The notes: generated by a model not told the origin, from the letters alone. Numbered from the stretch's first letter, positions 49,801 to 64,000 are shown. The stretch: DNA of 64,000 bases from Cycas panzhihuaensis (GCA_023213395.1 CM041465.1:162881741-162945740), one strand, 5' to 3'. Numbers and translations are program-made.

Positions 49801-52800
49801 ATAATATAAAAGAAGCTAGTAAGAGTTTAAGTTATGGATTCTACTATAGTTATAGAATTCACTAAAAAGGCTAAAAGTATACCTAAGGAAGTGAGATCAC
49901 CTACATTATAGGAATAAGAAGTTAGCATTGTAGGAAAAATAATGATTACATAAGGAGATATTTATCAAGTAAATGTAGAACCACTCTTGATATGATAGAC
50001 CTCAAGGGAATTCTCACCATGAGAATCCTTGCAAGATGTTCTGTTACAACTGATATCACTAATTAATTCTTTGTCATAAGTACACTTTTCAATTGGTTTA
50101 GCATTGACTAGTTCCCCAACAATAGAATTATCATTAACATGGTCTTCATCACTAGTAGTATCACCTATGAGATCATCTACATCATCATCCATATCTCCGG
50201 GCAAGGAGAAGTTGTCTCTTCATCCATCCAGTTTTAATAGGAGTGGAGACCCAGAAGATCATCTATTTATATATATATATATTTAGAGGATTCATAAGGC
50301 ATAAAGTAAGGATGAATTTATATATTGCTTTATAGAAATGTTATATGGACCTACGATGTCATGGTTTAGAGTTATGGAGAAATGGTTTAAAGGCTAGTAT
50401 GACATTCAAATAAAATTTAAGGAAAGATTTGAGGATAATTAAAATGATGCCTTAATAATACATAATTTGAGTACTTTGTGATATAAATATTATAATTCAA
50501 TTAAAGAGTTTGATAGAAGGTTGCAGATGTTAGCTTTAAAATTAAATTCTAAACTAGGGGATGGCCAAATTTTGTATAAGTTTAAGGAAGAAATACTATT
50601 GTATTACCAAGATAAAGTAGCAGTTATAGTTCCTAAGGAATATGTTGAAGCTTTAAAAAGAGCTCTGTAATTAGAGGAAAGACATCGTCAAAGGATGGCT
50701 CAAGAATAGATAAAGAAGGAGATGAGTTAGGCTAGTGACATTGAGTCACAACCAAAGGATGTTTATAAAAGATTGAAAAAGGATATAAAATAGGAAACTA
50801 GTGGTTCTAGCTATAAAATTATAGAACCTAATACTAGACAAGCAAGAAGTATGATGCTTGGAGTATGGTTCATAAAGATATCTTACAAATAAATTCTAAA
50901 AGTGTGTAATCAAATCACCACAACCCTCTAATAGTTATTTTTGTGATATTTATGATAAAAATATAGGGTATGTTATTGCAAATCACCTACTTAATCCAAA
51001 TTACACTCATACTACATTATAAAGAAGTTTTAGTTAGGGGTAATAGTTATTTTTTTAGAGTCAAGATCAGTAGCCAATGAGGAAAGCACTATATAAGAAT
51101 AGGTCTTTAATACCCAATATGCCACCAAGATGATTTGTATGTAACAAGTAAGGAAATTACCGCCAAGAATATCTAGTCCTTGAAAAAGGTAGGGATAATC
51201 CTTGTGAGGATTATGGACCAAGGGATCAAGACACAATATTCTATCCGTTGGAAAAAGTAACAATAAGAAAGCTACTTCAAAAGGAGTTTGTAGAGGATGT
51301 GGGAACAATGAATTTGATGACATGGAGTGGCTATCAAGCTAAAAGTTCATAGACAATGGATGATTACCCAAATCCTATAGAAGAAAAGAATAAATTAATA
51401 GAAGTTGTTTGCATTCTATGAGAGGAATAGATAGTGATGAGTCATTAAGCTCAAGAAATAGGGGAAATGGTGTCTTACCTTCAAGAAACAAAGAAGAGGC
51501 AATACTACAGCATGAGAATGGAGTAGTTGGGAAGCCTCAAGCCTTGCATGATGTAAAACCTATTCACAACATGGAGAGTCAAAAGTGTTTGTGCGGTATG
51601 TAGGAGAGGAAGATTATAGTGACTTACCTTTTACAAGAAATTAACTAGCCTTTTTAATTGCATTTAGCATGGACCCCCACAATTTAAGGATGGATAGTAC
51701 CATTTCAATAGTTACAAACAAATGTAGTGGATGATTATAAAATACTATCAAGATCCATAGAGTTGTAGGTAGAGCAACCATAGTAACAACCTAAATTAGG
51801 ACCCCTAAAGAAGGCAAAATATGTATATAGATGACAGTTTTCTCTTAAGAGGAAAATTAGTGTGCCTCTAAAGAGAGGAGGTAGTTAACAAAAGAAATTT
51901 AAGGCACATCATATGAGACAAATTAAGGATGATGATCTTAGAATCTTCATAAATATTAGAAGATTTGAGGTACTTAGAATTACAATAAATAGAGGGGAAA
52001 GTATAAATATCCTTTCATACAAAACCTAGAAAAGGATAGGATAACCTAGACCAAGTGACTCAACTTTGGCCATTATTTTGGGGGATAATCATAGAATTTT
52101 ACCTATTATTAGAGGTGGAATTGTGGTCTCTTTGGATTTTGAAGTTATTAAAATAAATGAGAGGATAGAGCCATGTTCTACTTTAGTAGGTTGACCATGG
52201 TATTATGTAACTGGTATGCTTGCAGATTGGTTAGAGCAAACTTTTGTTTTAAGGAAGAATGGAAAGAAGACAAAGCTACCTTTCTTCTTAACTAAACCTC
52301 TTATAGGAGTAGAGATATAAGACATTGCATCTAGTTCCATTGTAAAAGAAAGCAGTAATTATTCTTTTGAATGTATGTACTAGCATACACTAGTAGAAGA
52401 TGATGTCGTAAAGCCAACGTTAAGTAGAGAACTATGTCCAATAGAGAACTTAAGGATGGACTCAAATAAGGAGCTATACAATTGGAAAATGAGCTATTAT
52501 AAGTTGATGGGTTGACCAATAAGCAACACTATTAAATATAACATACTAGAAGAAGATATAGATTTTGAGGATAAGGAAGAGAACTTTAAGATGGAAGTAT
52601 ACAAGTCTTTCTTCTATATACCAGTGTAATGATGTTATTATAGTTCACAAGTAATAAGTAGGGTGGTGAGAGCACCCAATTCTATCACAACTTACATATG
52701 GCCTATCACATAGGTGGAAGATTTCTTGGATGTAAACATAGAGTTTCAATAATGAGTAAATAGGAATAGAAGGCAATTAGTAAGGTTGGACACCACTAGA

Positions 52801-52867
52801 ATAATGGATGTCATAGAAGAAAGGAAAAAGAAAATCCTATTAACTTACACCAAAGTGAAATATAGAG

Positions 52868-55800
52868 TGCAATGGACTTTGCTCTAACAATTGCCAAATC
52901 TTCCAATGAAAGTTGATTTCTCCTTGAGAAATTTGCATAAGCACAAGATTACTTTATATTGATGGACCACTTCAAGGGGACAACCTCTAATACACAATAT
53001 CTTAATGCTCAAAGATATCCTTTACAAGAGTGAAGAGTACATATATATAAGGATACTAAGGTCGATCATCCCTCTTGACTAATGCATGTGGGACAATTAT
53101 GATAAGAGACTAGTGAAGATGATGAAGGAGAAAAAATACATCAAATAGAGAAGAGGATGAAGGTAGATGTATTAAAGGGGGTTGAATACATAATAAGTTC
53201 CCTACCTTAAAAGGATTTACCCTCAAAGCTTAAGTATTTCTAGATATTCCTAAACAATTTGCTCACCCTTCTATTTTGAATCTTCCCACGACAACTGCTT
53301 CCATTTAATGAGGCACTTATGGATCTGTCAGGAATGTAAGTTTTGCATCCTTACCTCACGAATATATTCCGGTATCAATTAGAGTTTTCTTTCATCATCT
53401 AAAAGTGGGAGTTTAGTTTGTGCCTATGCTTGTTGATCAATGATCCTTTTTAAATAGGATACATGAAAGACATTATGGAGCTTGGATGTTGCTGGTAACT
53501 CTAATGCATAGGCTACCTCACCCACATATTTGAGGACCTAATATGGCCTATAGAATATTGGAACAAGCCTATGTTTAGCATTTCTCTTAAGTGATGTTTG
53601 TTTATAAGGTTATAGGTGAAGGTAGACCCAATCCCCCAGTTGGAACTCCCACTCATTTTATTTTTTATCTACTTGCTACTCCATCCTATTTTGAACCAAG
53701 TTGAGGTTAACTTTTAGTATCTAGAGTATATTAGCTTGTTGTTGTAGATGCTCCTCCACTGCTTACACTCTTGAAGTCTACATGTTGTAATTTTTAATAG
53801 TTAGTGGTGGATGCCCATATAAAGCTTAGAATTAACTTATTTTTATAGATGTATGATAAGTTGTATTATACCATCATTCTGTTAAAAGAAGCCATTGATA
53901 CCAATGATTCTATTTATTTAAGACATAACAACAAAGATATCCCTCTAAACACTTCTTGACTACCTTTATCTATTTATTTGTTTGTGGGTAGTAGGATGAA
54001 CTCATGATCAACTTGGCATCTAGCATTTGAAAGAGTTTTGTATAAAAGTGGATGGTGAATTTATGATCCCTATCACTGATAATCTTTTTTGATATTCCAT
54101 GGAGCTAGTGTATTTCCTTCAAAAATATTTTAGCAATCTGTTTTTCCTTATAGGTAGATTGGATGGAACAAAATTAAGTATATTTTATTAACCTATCTAC
54201 CATAAGGATTGTATTTTTCTAGCTAGTTTGGGTAATCCTATGATAAAATCTATGGATATCTTTGATTAGGTACTGGTAGAGGTTACAGTAGTCTAGGGGC
54301 CCTAATGGTTTTAGTTTTATGCCTTTGACATATTTCACAATGGGCCACCCAACTTTTTGTATCCTATTTAAGCCTAGTCAAATAAAAATATTATTTAATC
54401 CTTTGATAAATTATTTGAACTTCAGAGTTGGTGAGTTATGGGCATCATGGAGAATCATTTCTTTAATCTTGAATTATGGGCTTAAATATAATCTATTTTT
54501 ATTCCATAAGGTACTTACTAACTATGAAAACCCTTTATGAATTTCTTGGTCTTCTTAAAGATCCTCGGTCATTTGTTGGGTCCCTATGTCTTACTCCCAT
54601 TCTTCACGATCTTCTTAAATTCAAGAAGGGCTAATAAATATGATAGTGTATAATGTGGGTTCCTATTCTTTTTTGGAAAGGGCATCAACTATGACATTCT
54701 CCTTCCCCTTTTCATAAATGATTTCAAAGTCAAACTCTTACTTTTTAGATACTTATTTCTATTGCTCCTTAGAGGCTACCCTTTGGTCTAGGAAGTATTT
54801 TAGCCTATCATGGTTAGTTTTTATCTTGAAGTGTGCCCCAAGAAGGTATTAATGATATTTCTCAATTTCATACAAGATTGCCATCATTTCCTTTTCATAG
54901 ATGGAATTACCCAAGTCCCTTAGTTTTAGCCTTCGACTTTTAAAAGCTAAGGCTTGTTCATCTTATAAGAGTATCGCTCCTAACTCTTATTCCAAGGTAT
55001 CACATTTAATAGTAAATATTTTAGTGAAGTCAATTGTTACTAATACTGGTGTAGTGGTCATGGCTTTTTATAGTGTTGCAAAGGCTTCACTCACCATCAT
55101 TATCCACTAGAATGAGTCCTTCTTTAGCAATTATATTAGAGGTGTTATTATCCTAGCATACCCCTTAACAAACTTTCAGTAGTATCCTATCAATCCCAAG
55201 AATCCTCAAAGACCTTTAATATTTTTGGGTTAGGGCCAATTCTATGGTCAACCTTTACTCCATCTTGAGAAATAATGTGCCCCAAGTATTCTAACTCCTT
55301 CTTGCCAAAATTACATTTGGATTTTTTGATATATAGTCAGTTGTCTTCTAATAATTTCAAGGCCTTATCCACATGTTAAAGATATTCTTTGATTATTTAA
55401 ATATATATGAGGATGGTATTAGAAAATACTAGGATAATTTTTTTCAAGTACAGATAGAAGATTTATTCATAAGTCCTTGGAATGTGGTTGGTGTATTAGT
55501 GAGGCTAAAGGGTATGACCAAGAATTCATAGTGACCTTCATAGGTTTGAAAGGTTATTTTGTACACATCTTCTATCTTGACCCTCATTTAGTAATAGTTG
55601 TATTGAATATCCAAAGATGTGAATATAATTTCACCATGTAATTCATCAATCACTGGAATAGGAAATTTATCCTTGATTATAATTTTGTTTAACTCCCTAT
55701 AATTAAGGCACATCTAGAATGATCCATCTTTTTCTTTAACTAGTATGACTGGGATAAAAAAAGGCACTTTTGCTCTCTTAGATGACCCCTACATCTAGCA

Positions 55801-58795
55801 ATTCATGTACCAACTTTTAAATTTTATTTTTTTGTTGGTATGGATACATGTATGGTTGTATGTTAGGTGGGTGACTCTTAGGGACAATCTAGATGGCATG
55901 GTCCTGCTCTTATTATGGTGGAAGTCCCTTGGGTTCTTTATTACAACTTCTTATAATTCTAGAAATAGGTGATTGTTGTAAGCTGTATCTTCTCTAACTA
56001 AGGATGGTTGACCTATGATTACATAACACCTTGTGATTATCCCTATGCTTCCCTTCTATATTAACTTCTCCATCTTATGTAAGTTGACAACCTATGATAG
56101 GGGTGGGGTGAATCCATTAAGTTGGTATTCTTGACCTTCTAAGTTAAATCGAATAAATAACTCTTGTAGGTTAAGTTGAATAGTGCCAAGAGTCTTCAAC
56201 CATTAAACTCCTAAAACCACATCGACACCTCTAATGGGGATTATAAATATTGAAGTAAATAAATTATACTCTCCCATGGTAAGCCTGATATTATGATATT
56301 TTCCACCACAAGATAGTGTTCTCCCATAAGCAACCATGACTTAGAAGTTCTTTACTAGATATAGGAAACGATTAAGTTCTTTATCTAATTTCCTATTAAT
56401 AAAATTATAAGTGCTTCCTAAGTCAATTAAGATAACCACTCATTTTTTCTTAATATACCCAATGATTTTGAGAGTTTGAAGAGTTGTAATTTTAGCTAAG
56501 GCATGGATTGAGATTGTTGTAGTATCTCTATCATCATCTATTGGTGATTCTAGCAATTTTAGAACATGTTCATTTGGTTATTCTAGAATATTTTCTTCCT
56601 CTTGTTCTTCATCCTGTATATCCTTGATGATAAATAATTATTTTCTAGAACATCAATTATCCTTGTTCTATTTTTTATTTTATCTAAAGCATAACCCTTA
56701 TGACCTCTTCTCATCAACTTCTTATATGATTACTCACCGAACAGTTAGTGAATGTAACATGTCTAGGGCATGTAATACATGTGACGGTATTCTCTTATCT
56801 ATATATGGTCTCATGGACTATTAGGATACTATATTTTTTACTTCAATATAGTGTGCTAGTCTTATGGCTTATGTGATTTGTGTAGGATTCAAAAGATAGA
56901 GTTCATGTTTAATCTCATCTCAAAGTCCACCAAGGTATAATTCTAGCATTTATTCCTCATTTAGGTTCTTAGCTTGTATGGAGAGAAATTAGTATGTAGA
57001 GGTATATTCTAAAATTGTGTTGACTTGTTGAATCTTTGTGAGCTGACTAAAATAGTCATTATCCCAAATATTATCATATTGGGTCTTGAGGTCCTTAACA
57101 AAATAGTCCCAATCATAATTGAGTCCATTAACCTTCTTCTTCAACCATTGGCACCACTAGTAAGGCTCAAGTTCCATATGCAAAGAGGCTATGGATATCT
57201 TTTCATCTATTAGGATTTGGTGAAGAGCAAAATATTATTCTATTTGTGACACCTACGTTCAAACATTTTTACCATTAAATTTTTTGAGATATACCTTTAG
57301 AAGGAAGGTTAGCTTCCCTCATTTGTTATCATAATGATTATTATCCATGCCTTCATTATGGTATCCTTATTGATATATACCATCTAAATTGAGTTTCTTC
57401 TTTCCTTTGTGGTGGCAGTCATCCTCTTTAACTTGGTTATCTTTATTAATGAAAATTTTCTCTAGCAAGGTAGTCATATTGGATACTTAAAGGGCTAAAT
57501 TATTTATAGCGTGTTGTACCTCTTAAATCTTGACATTTATTTTCCCTCTTAATGAGATAATCGTATCATTGAGTCTAATGCTCTAGTTAGGGTTAATTTT
57601 AGGGGCCATTTTTTGTCTTGATTTTAACTCAATATTATCTTATTAATATAGGTTCCTAAGGAGGTTAGGCTCTTAGTGAGTATATTTTGAATGTTGTCCC
57701 ACTTATTTATAATTTTCTCTTCTTTTTCTTTTTCCTCCATTTTTTATTACTTATAATGGACTAACTAACTGACCAATTATGTATACATAAACTAATAACA
57801 AACTAGCTAGATATACTAGGTTTTATAGATTGATGATGACTGACTAGGTGCATATAGACCACAAACAAATTGACCAAGTGCACTAAGATTATTTAGTTTG
57901 TAGGCCCTCTAATATTTAGATTCTAGTCATAAATAGTATCAACTTATAGAGGCTAACACTCTACTCTACAGTCACACTACCCTGTCTCTAGGATATATGG
58001 AGAGTAACTTCCCAGGTCTAACTACTTATTAGTGCACTACAAATTATAGAGGATCAATAGATTTCCTATGGTTACTTATACTAGGAAGGCCTACCTAGGG
58101 GGTCCTCTTATATACCTACAAATATATTGAGGTACAATTTCATAGTCAAGCTTTATTTAAGGCTTGGTTTAGGAGTATGATCTCTAGTCCTTCACGTAGG
58201 GGGCAGAAAAACCACGATGTGCTTAGTCTAAAATGGTAGTTCCTTATGATATTTATAGATCCCCTGATATAGAGTCTCTATCTAAATATAAAGAAAATTT
58301 GCTCAATGTTAGTGTTAGGGTAGTTGCATGATTGTAGTGTTGTCTACCCCCAAAATGTAGAAGTAATTAAGTAGAAATTTAAAATGAGAATAAATACTAA
58401 TAAAAATAAAAAGTGATGGAAATTTGACTATTCAATACTTTCGATTCTCTCACAGGCCATGGATCAACTGCTCTGATACTACTTGGAATGGACTTTGCTC
58501 TAACAATTACCAAATCCTCTAATGAAAGTTAAATTCTCCTTAAGAAAATTGTACAAGCACAAGATCACTTTATATTGTTTGGTCACTTTACATAATATCT
58601 CAATGTGTAAAGATGTCCTTTATAAAAGTGGAGAGTACATATATATAAGGCTACTAAGACTGTTCATCCTTCTTAACTAATACATGTGGGATAATTATAA
58701 TAAGAGACTAGTAAAGGTCAAGAAGGAGAAGAAGATACATCAAAGAAAGAGGAGGAGAAAGGTAGATGTATTGAAAGGGGTTCAAGTATATAACA
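52868..58795 (-). mobile_element. Full-length chromovirus (Reina-like) Ty3/Gypsy, LTRs 52868-53195 and 58484-58795, TSD TAGAG/TAAAG
   Basis: Short LTRs; PBS (iMet) at 58470-58481; PPT AAGGTAGGGAA on -. gag-PR-RT-RH-INT with [51 protein letters not shown] and a C-terminal chromodomain LIKWKQLSWEDS near 53280-53320. Confidence 0.93.
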
Positions 58796-61699
58796 TAAAG
58801 AGAGGTTAATATGTATAGATCTAACATATGAAATAGATAGAGAGTTGACAAATCTTCCTATAAATAGGTATGCAACACCACTTTATATGATAAAACTTAA
58901 TGTAGATGTTGAGATATAACCACAAGAGTTGACACTTACAGATTATAAGGATATGGAAATAGTAAAAAAGGTTACAACCTTGTTTATAGAACTAAAGGAC
59001 ATTTTCGCTTAGACTTACAAGGATTTGAAGGGGATACATGATGAATTTAGTTAGCACTATATATCATTGGTAAATGGAGTGTAACCAATCAAATAGATAC
59101 TACATCATATGAATCTAACGTAGAATAAATTAGTGAAGAAAGAATTAGATAATTTGGAAAATAGAAACCTTATTTATATAATTGAAAATAATGAGTGGGC
59201 AAGTCTCATGGTTGTAGTTCCTTTAAAAAAAGAGAAATTATGCCTCTGTATTAACTACTACAAATTAAATGTAGTGACCAAGACAAATCCTTTTTTGATT
59301 CCTTTCACTAATGAAGTATTGGAATAGGTTATGGTAGTGGAATATTATTCCTTCAATAACATGTTCAATGGGTGTAATCACTTATCCATTATAGTAGAAG
59401 ATCATGAAAAGATAACTTTTATTATAGAATGGGGGATGTATGCATATCATATTATGCCATTTGGGCTTTATAATGCCCAACTACATTTTAAAGAATCCTG
59501 ATAACAAAATTTTAGAACTACCTCAAAGAACATTTGGAGATATTTTTGGATGACTGGACTGTCTATATTTTGTTGAAAATTCATTTAGATCATCTTTAAG
59601 ATATTTTTAAAACCTATCAAAATTTGGGACTTTGTTTAAATATAGGTAAGCATGTTTTTATGGTGTATGTAGTGTATAATAAAGGGCTACTAATAGGCCC
59701 CATGAAAATGAAGGGGATCCTAGACATACCAACACTAACCTTTATGGTAGATGTTAAAGTGTTTCTTAGCCATACAATGTATTATCATAAATTTTCATTG
59801 GTTATGTTGAAATTGTAGCACCTTTGGAGAAATTATTAAAGAAAGGATGTAATTTTTGTTAAAAGGAGTAACATGAAACTACATTTCAAAAACTAAAATT
59901 GGTTATTGCAATAGCACCAATTTTGTGGCATCTTAACTAGGACAAGCTTTTTGATGTTCATCTAAATACTTCTTATTAAGTAATTAATTGTGTTTTAGCA
60001 TAACTTGATGAACAGTAAGAAGATCATCTAGTGTATTTTTCTAACAGAAGATTGATCCCTATTGAAAGGAACTGTTCTATTAGAGAATGAGAAGGGTTGG
60101 GTATGGTATACACCTTATAAAATTTTAAGTATTATCTCTTGGCTACCTCATTTACTTTCTTTATAAATCACCAAGTCCTTATGTACTTAGTTAATAAACT
60201 AATTTTATAAGGGCGGATCAATCATTGGACCATTTTATTTTAGCACTTCCAATTCAATATTATGGTAAGGCTAGGTTCATAGCATGTGGGGTCTGATTAT
60301 TTTTCATAGATCTCATTAGGAGAGGTAACAACAAAGGTTTTTGATAATTTTTGAGATGCCAAGTTATTTCAAGTAAAAGCATTACCAATTTTGTGGAAGA
60401 CATTACTTCATTCCTAAGCTCAAGAGTGTTTTTTAAATATATGCTAAATTCATGAAAGAGAATAATTACAGTGAAATTAGGCAAATATTAGTTTATAGAA
60501 GGGAAACTCTACTACCTTACAGCTAGCACAATTCTGTGATGATGTGTCTTACCATATGAAGTTACTATAGTGATTCAAGAAGTATATAAAGATACCACAA
60601 GTGGCTATATAGGTCATAAGACCACATCATAATAAGTGTCAAGTGTAGATTTGTGGTAGTGACCCCTATTCCAAGATGTTGAGATATTCATTAAGAATTG
60701 TGATCTTTGCCAAAGAGTGGGAAAACCTAATTATAATGATTTTATGCTTCTCACTATGATATTAGCATAAAAACCTTTTGAAAAGTGGGATCTTAATTTT
60801 ATAGGATCCATTAACCCTATGACAAGATAAATTAGGGCAAGGTACATTCTAGCAACCATAGATTATCTAACAAAATAGGTTGAGGCATGAGTACTATAGG
60901 ACAACATTGTGCATAGTATGGTGAAATTTTTGTATGAATCCATAATTACATCATTTAGATATCCCTTAGAGATTATCAATAATAGAGGAACGCATTTTAT
61001 GAACTTGATAATTAAGCAACTTACTAAAGAATTCATGGTGGTGTATAGAAAAAGTGCTTCACATTATCCATGAGCCATTGGACTTGTTGAACTGTCTAAC
61101 AAAGTCATCTATAAAGTAGTAACAAAGATCTATAATGTAGTCATAATGATTGGGTAAAGAAACTCCACTAAGTATTATGGACCTTTAAAATAATCATGAA
61201 ATAAGCTACTAGGCATATACATTTTAATTATTGCACAGTCTTAAGGTTATTGTCCTAGTGGAATTTATAATTCCTAGCTTGCAAATTATAATCATCTATA
61301 ACATGAGATATTGTCTTTCAAAGTGAGGTTACAATAGCTACTATGGTTAGATAAAAGGAGACTACTTAACTAATAGGCTATGGAGGTGGACAAGGATAAA
61401 CAAAAGGTATCACATGTTATATGGATTAAGCATAGATATTTATGGAAGGAGAACAAGTCCTTCTTTATTATAGTAAGTTTAAGGCTTAGCTAGGGAAGCT
61501 CAAGTTTTGATGGCAAGGTCCTTTTATTATGGATAAAGTCATGGATAATAGGGTAGTCTTTCTAAAGGAACTAAGATGGAAGCTACTAGCAGTACTTATA
61601 AATGGTAGTTCGCTATGGCATTATAAGCATGAATAGGTTTAAGATTTATGGTAGATTAAGTAGGTAAGTAATGTTGTTGATTATTGAAGTTTGTTTTTC

Positions 61700-63770
61700 A
61701 TTGAATGATGAAGTAGAATGTCGATGTTGGATTGCAACATGATGCACTATAAAATATGAGTGGAAGGCAATATGATGTACCATAGCAACAAAACTATTGA
61801 GGAATTATTGCAAAAATTGTATTGTATTCTCAAGGCAACAATGAAGAGCATCTCATATCCCATAGGAAAAAAGAAGTCTTTTTTGTGGTTTAAGAGAATG
61901 TCATTATGAAAATTATATCTTTATAGTGCATTAAAAGAGGTAGAATTATGAATCCACCAACCATTTTTTACCTTCATGCAAGAGGGCATGAGTTTGGCAA
62001 AAGAGGCTCTAGATTTAAAAATAAATTATTTTTAACTATTTCATATTATTTGAGCTAAATAGAGTAAATGCAAGATTAGTTACAAACAACAAAGTTTTAA
62101 AAACTAGTTTGATAACTTACAAATCATGGTTGATGTTGTAATAGCCATTAATATTAGAGCACTTGAAATGGTTCCTTAATAATTACTCTCTGCATTAACT
62201 ATGTAAGAATACTTAGATTTTGGACTAAAACAACTTTGGGGCTAACTATTAGACAACTACATAGTCCAAAAGTGCATCAAATTAGAAAAAGTTGAAGATT
62301 TTATTCAAACACATGTATTGAGTTTCTCTTTTGAGCTATTAGAAAAAAAGTTGCATAGTTACGATGAGAAAGAAATAGGATTTATCCACAAGGACAATAT
62401 TCTTAGGGTTGAATCTTCCAAGCTCACATTTATTTAGCCTACTAATAGAGGGAAAACTAGTATTATTAAAAAGGAAGCAACATTTAATAGATAAGACAAT
62501 ATGAGCCAATCTAGTAAGGGAATTTTATTTAGATGACCTTAGTAAATGTTATAATAATCATGGAATTGTAATCAATAAACTCAAGGACCTTGATCTAAAG
62601 ATAATGGATAAACTACTCATTAAAAGACTCATGGATAGTAGTGATGTATCCTAAATTCATCTTCATATGGTTTGCATTGCATCTTAGCTCTTGTAGCATG
62701 TAGTTTATAGGTGGGATTTTTTATGGAAGCTACCAAATTAAAAAATCTATCTACCTTAGGAAAACATCATTATATTATCTTGCATCCTTAATGGCTTTGG
62801 TGTTAGATGGGTTTTATACCACAAACTTATTAAGGAAGGTGATTGTTAACATTGATTTATAAATTCTATGATGGGTTGGCTATAGGAGAAAAGTTAAATT
62901 ATCCTAGAGTGCTTTGGCCACCTTTCATACAATTGTCAAGGAGCTTATGGATAAGTTTCTACCATAAATTATCCCTCATCAATGACTTGGGAAGGAGATT
63001 GAATCAAAGGTGGAAATTAGAATGCCATAGATTTCATAGTTGATACATATTCAACAGAGTGTGCAATGTTTGCTTATCAATACACTATCTATTGTTACTC
63101 AATCTAAAGGAAAGCATAAGTGTGATGATAACCTATATTAACTCTAGATTGGTGTTAATGGTGCTAGTGGATTGATGTTGCCTTTCTCTTCTCTTCAACT
63201 ATAGACTAAATTGATTCATTAACTTAAGAAGGGCAAGAAACTCTAAGATAACTTTGCCAAAGATTCTTAAGCTACTTTAGAATTGAAACAAACCATCTTA
63301 GAGTATTTAACATAGTGTTTAGAGTCTAAAGAAAATGTCATTAGAGTTAAGCAATAGGTTTCAAAGGTTAGACTAGATGGCCCAAAGCTACAAGTTCTTG
63401 AGGAAAGAGTAGAGATAAAGGAGCTTCAAGTATAGGTTGCAGCACAAGGAAACCAAATTCAAGATTTAGAGATCTAACTTGGCCAAAAGATAGTGACACT
63501 CAAATAGGTCTTAACCAAATTAAAGTATTATAAGGATCAAGAACTTAAAATGAATACACTTCTAAGATGGTATACAAAGTTAAGTGTGAGAGAGCTAACT
63601 CAACCTAATCTTCTTAGGGAAGAAGAGACTCAGCGTAATTCTCTAGAGGAGGTCAAGAGAGATCTAATAATAGAATTAGTAGGGAAATTAGATAACCTAC
63701 ATGATATGTTATAGAAAGTGGTAGATGTAGTGCCCCTTGATGGTGGCATAAACCACATTGATGAAAGGTA
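61700..63770 (+). pseudogene. Extra 3' ORF(s) of the Gypsy element (env-like position) ending in a coiled-coil region
   Basis: 63241-63770 is a single frame of heptad-rich E/K/Q/L sequence whose stops are all TAA/TAG (CAA/CAG deamination). The upstream piece reads GLAIGEKLNYPRVLW. Confidence 0.6.
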
Positions 63771-64000
63771 TACATATATATTTAATTTGGGTATTATGAC
63801 TATAGATCACATCTTAATTTTATTTAGAGAAGGTACCAACAAAATAAAATATAATTTATCATAAAGACTTAATTATTATAAGTGTAGGAAGGGGAAAGAA
63901 AACAATTCAAGTTGTTTTAAATATCTTGTTTTTCCTTTTTATTTCTTTTAAAATATATATATAACTTGTGTAATTTACATTTTCTTAAGTATGTCAGAAA

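Larger units (their letters stand above)
49238..64000 (+). mobile_element. Large decayed non-chromovirus Ty3/Gypsy element (Athila/Tat-related), split by the Reina-like insertion and probably extending beyond the window
   Basis: Possible LTR 49238-49611 (TGTTAGG...CCTAACA); gag FN.SGDPEDH near 50235; protease LVG*PW near 52190; RT KDIFA*TYKDLKGI and EWASLMVVVP at 58990-59600; RH; INT KWDLNFIG and GPF to about 61630; extra ORF downstream. Left boundary uncertain. Confidence 0.8.

Noticed and set aside
1188-63043. Short ORFs in the track (60-130 aa) as host genes
   Set aside because: They are TE polyprotein fragments, antisense shadows or low-complexity LTR frames; no host exon structure was recognised.
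1-64000. CRISPR array, rRNA or prokaryotic system
   Set aside because: No regularly spaced repeats or rRNA-like sequence; the content is eukaryotic retroelement DNA.

Overview
Gene-free, AT-rich, heavily deaminated (C>T/G>A) plant heterochromatin-like DNA built from nested, decayed retrotransposons; a large-genome seed plant, possibly a gymnosperm, is inferred. It contains seven Ty1/Copia elements or remnants. Four of these have both LTRs, a PBS, a PPT and a TSD: 1138-7471 (+), 31355-48100 (+, host to the next two), 34048-40810 (-) and 41929-47251 (-). Ty3/Gypsy content is a deleted Tat-like element with a 3.1-kb LTR (7977-13042, -), a Reina-like chromovirus (52868-58795, -) nested in an Athila/Tat-related element that has a 3' extra coiled-coil ORF, and one very decayed remnant. 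There is also a full-length L1 LINE with RNase H (19816-26235) and a second, 5'-truncated L1 just downstream of it. No intact host gene or RNA gene is supported. The most interesting signals are RNA-structural: (i) a hairpin enclosing the PPT in six Copia elements plus one vestigial PPT; (ii) ENE-like U-rich internal-loop hairpins in the LTRs of four unrelated Copia families; (iii) a stem-loop plus pseudoknot 3' tail shared by the two L1s; (iv) a frame-restoring 77-nt intron candidate in L1 ORF1. In addition, the Tat-like element carries a 3'-terminal extra RNase H relic and a tRNA-like/Pol III B-box module in its LTR. All calls were made by eye, without alignment tools.
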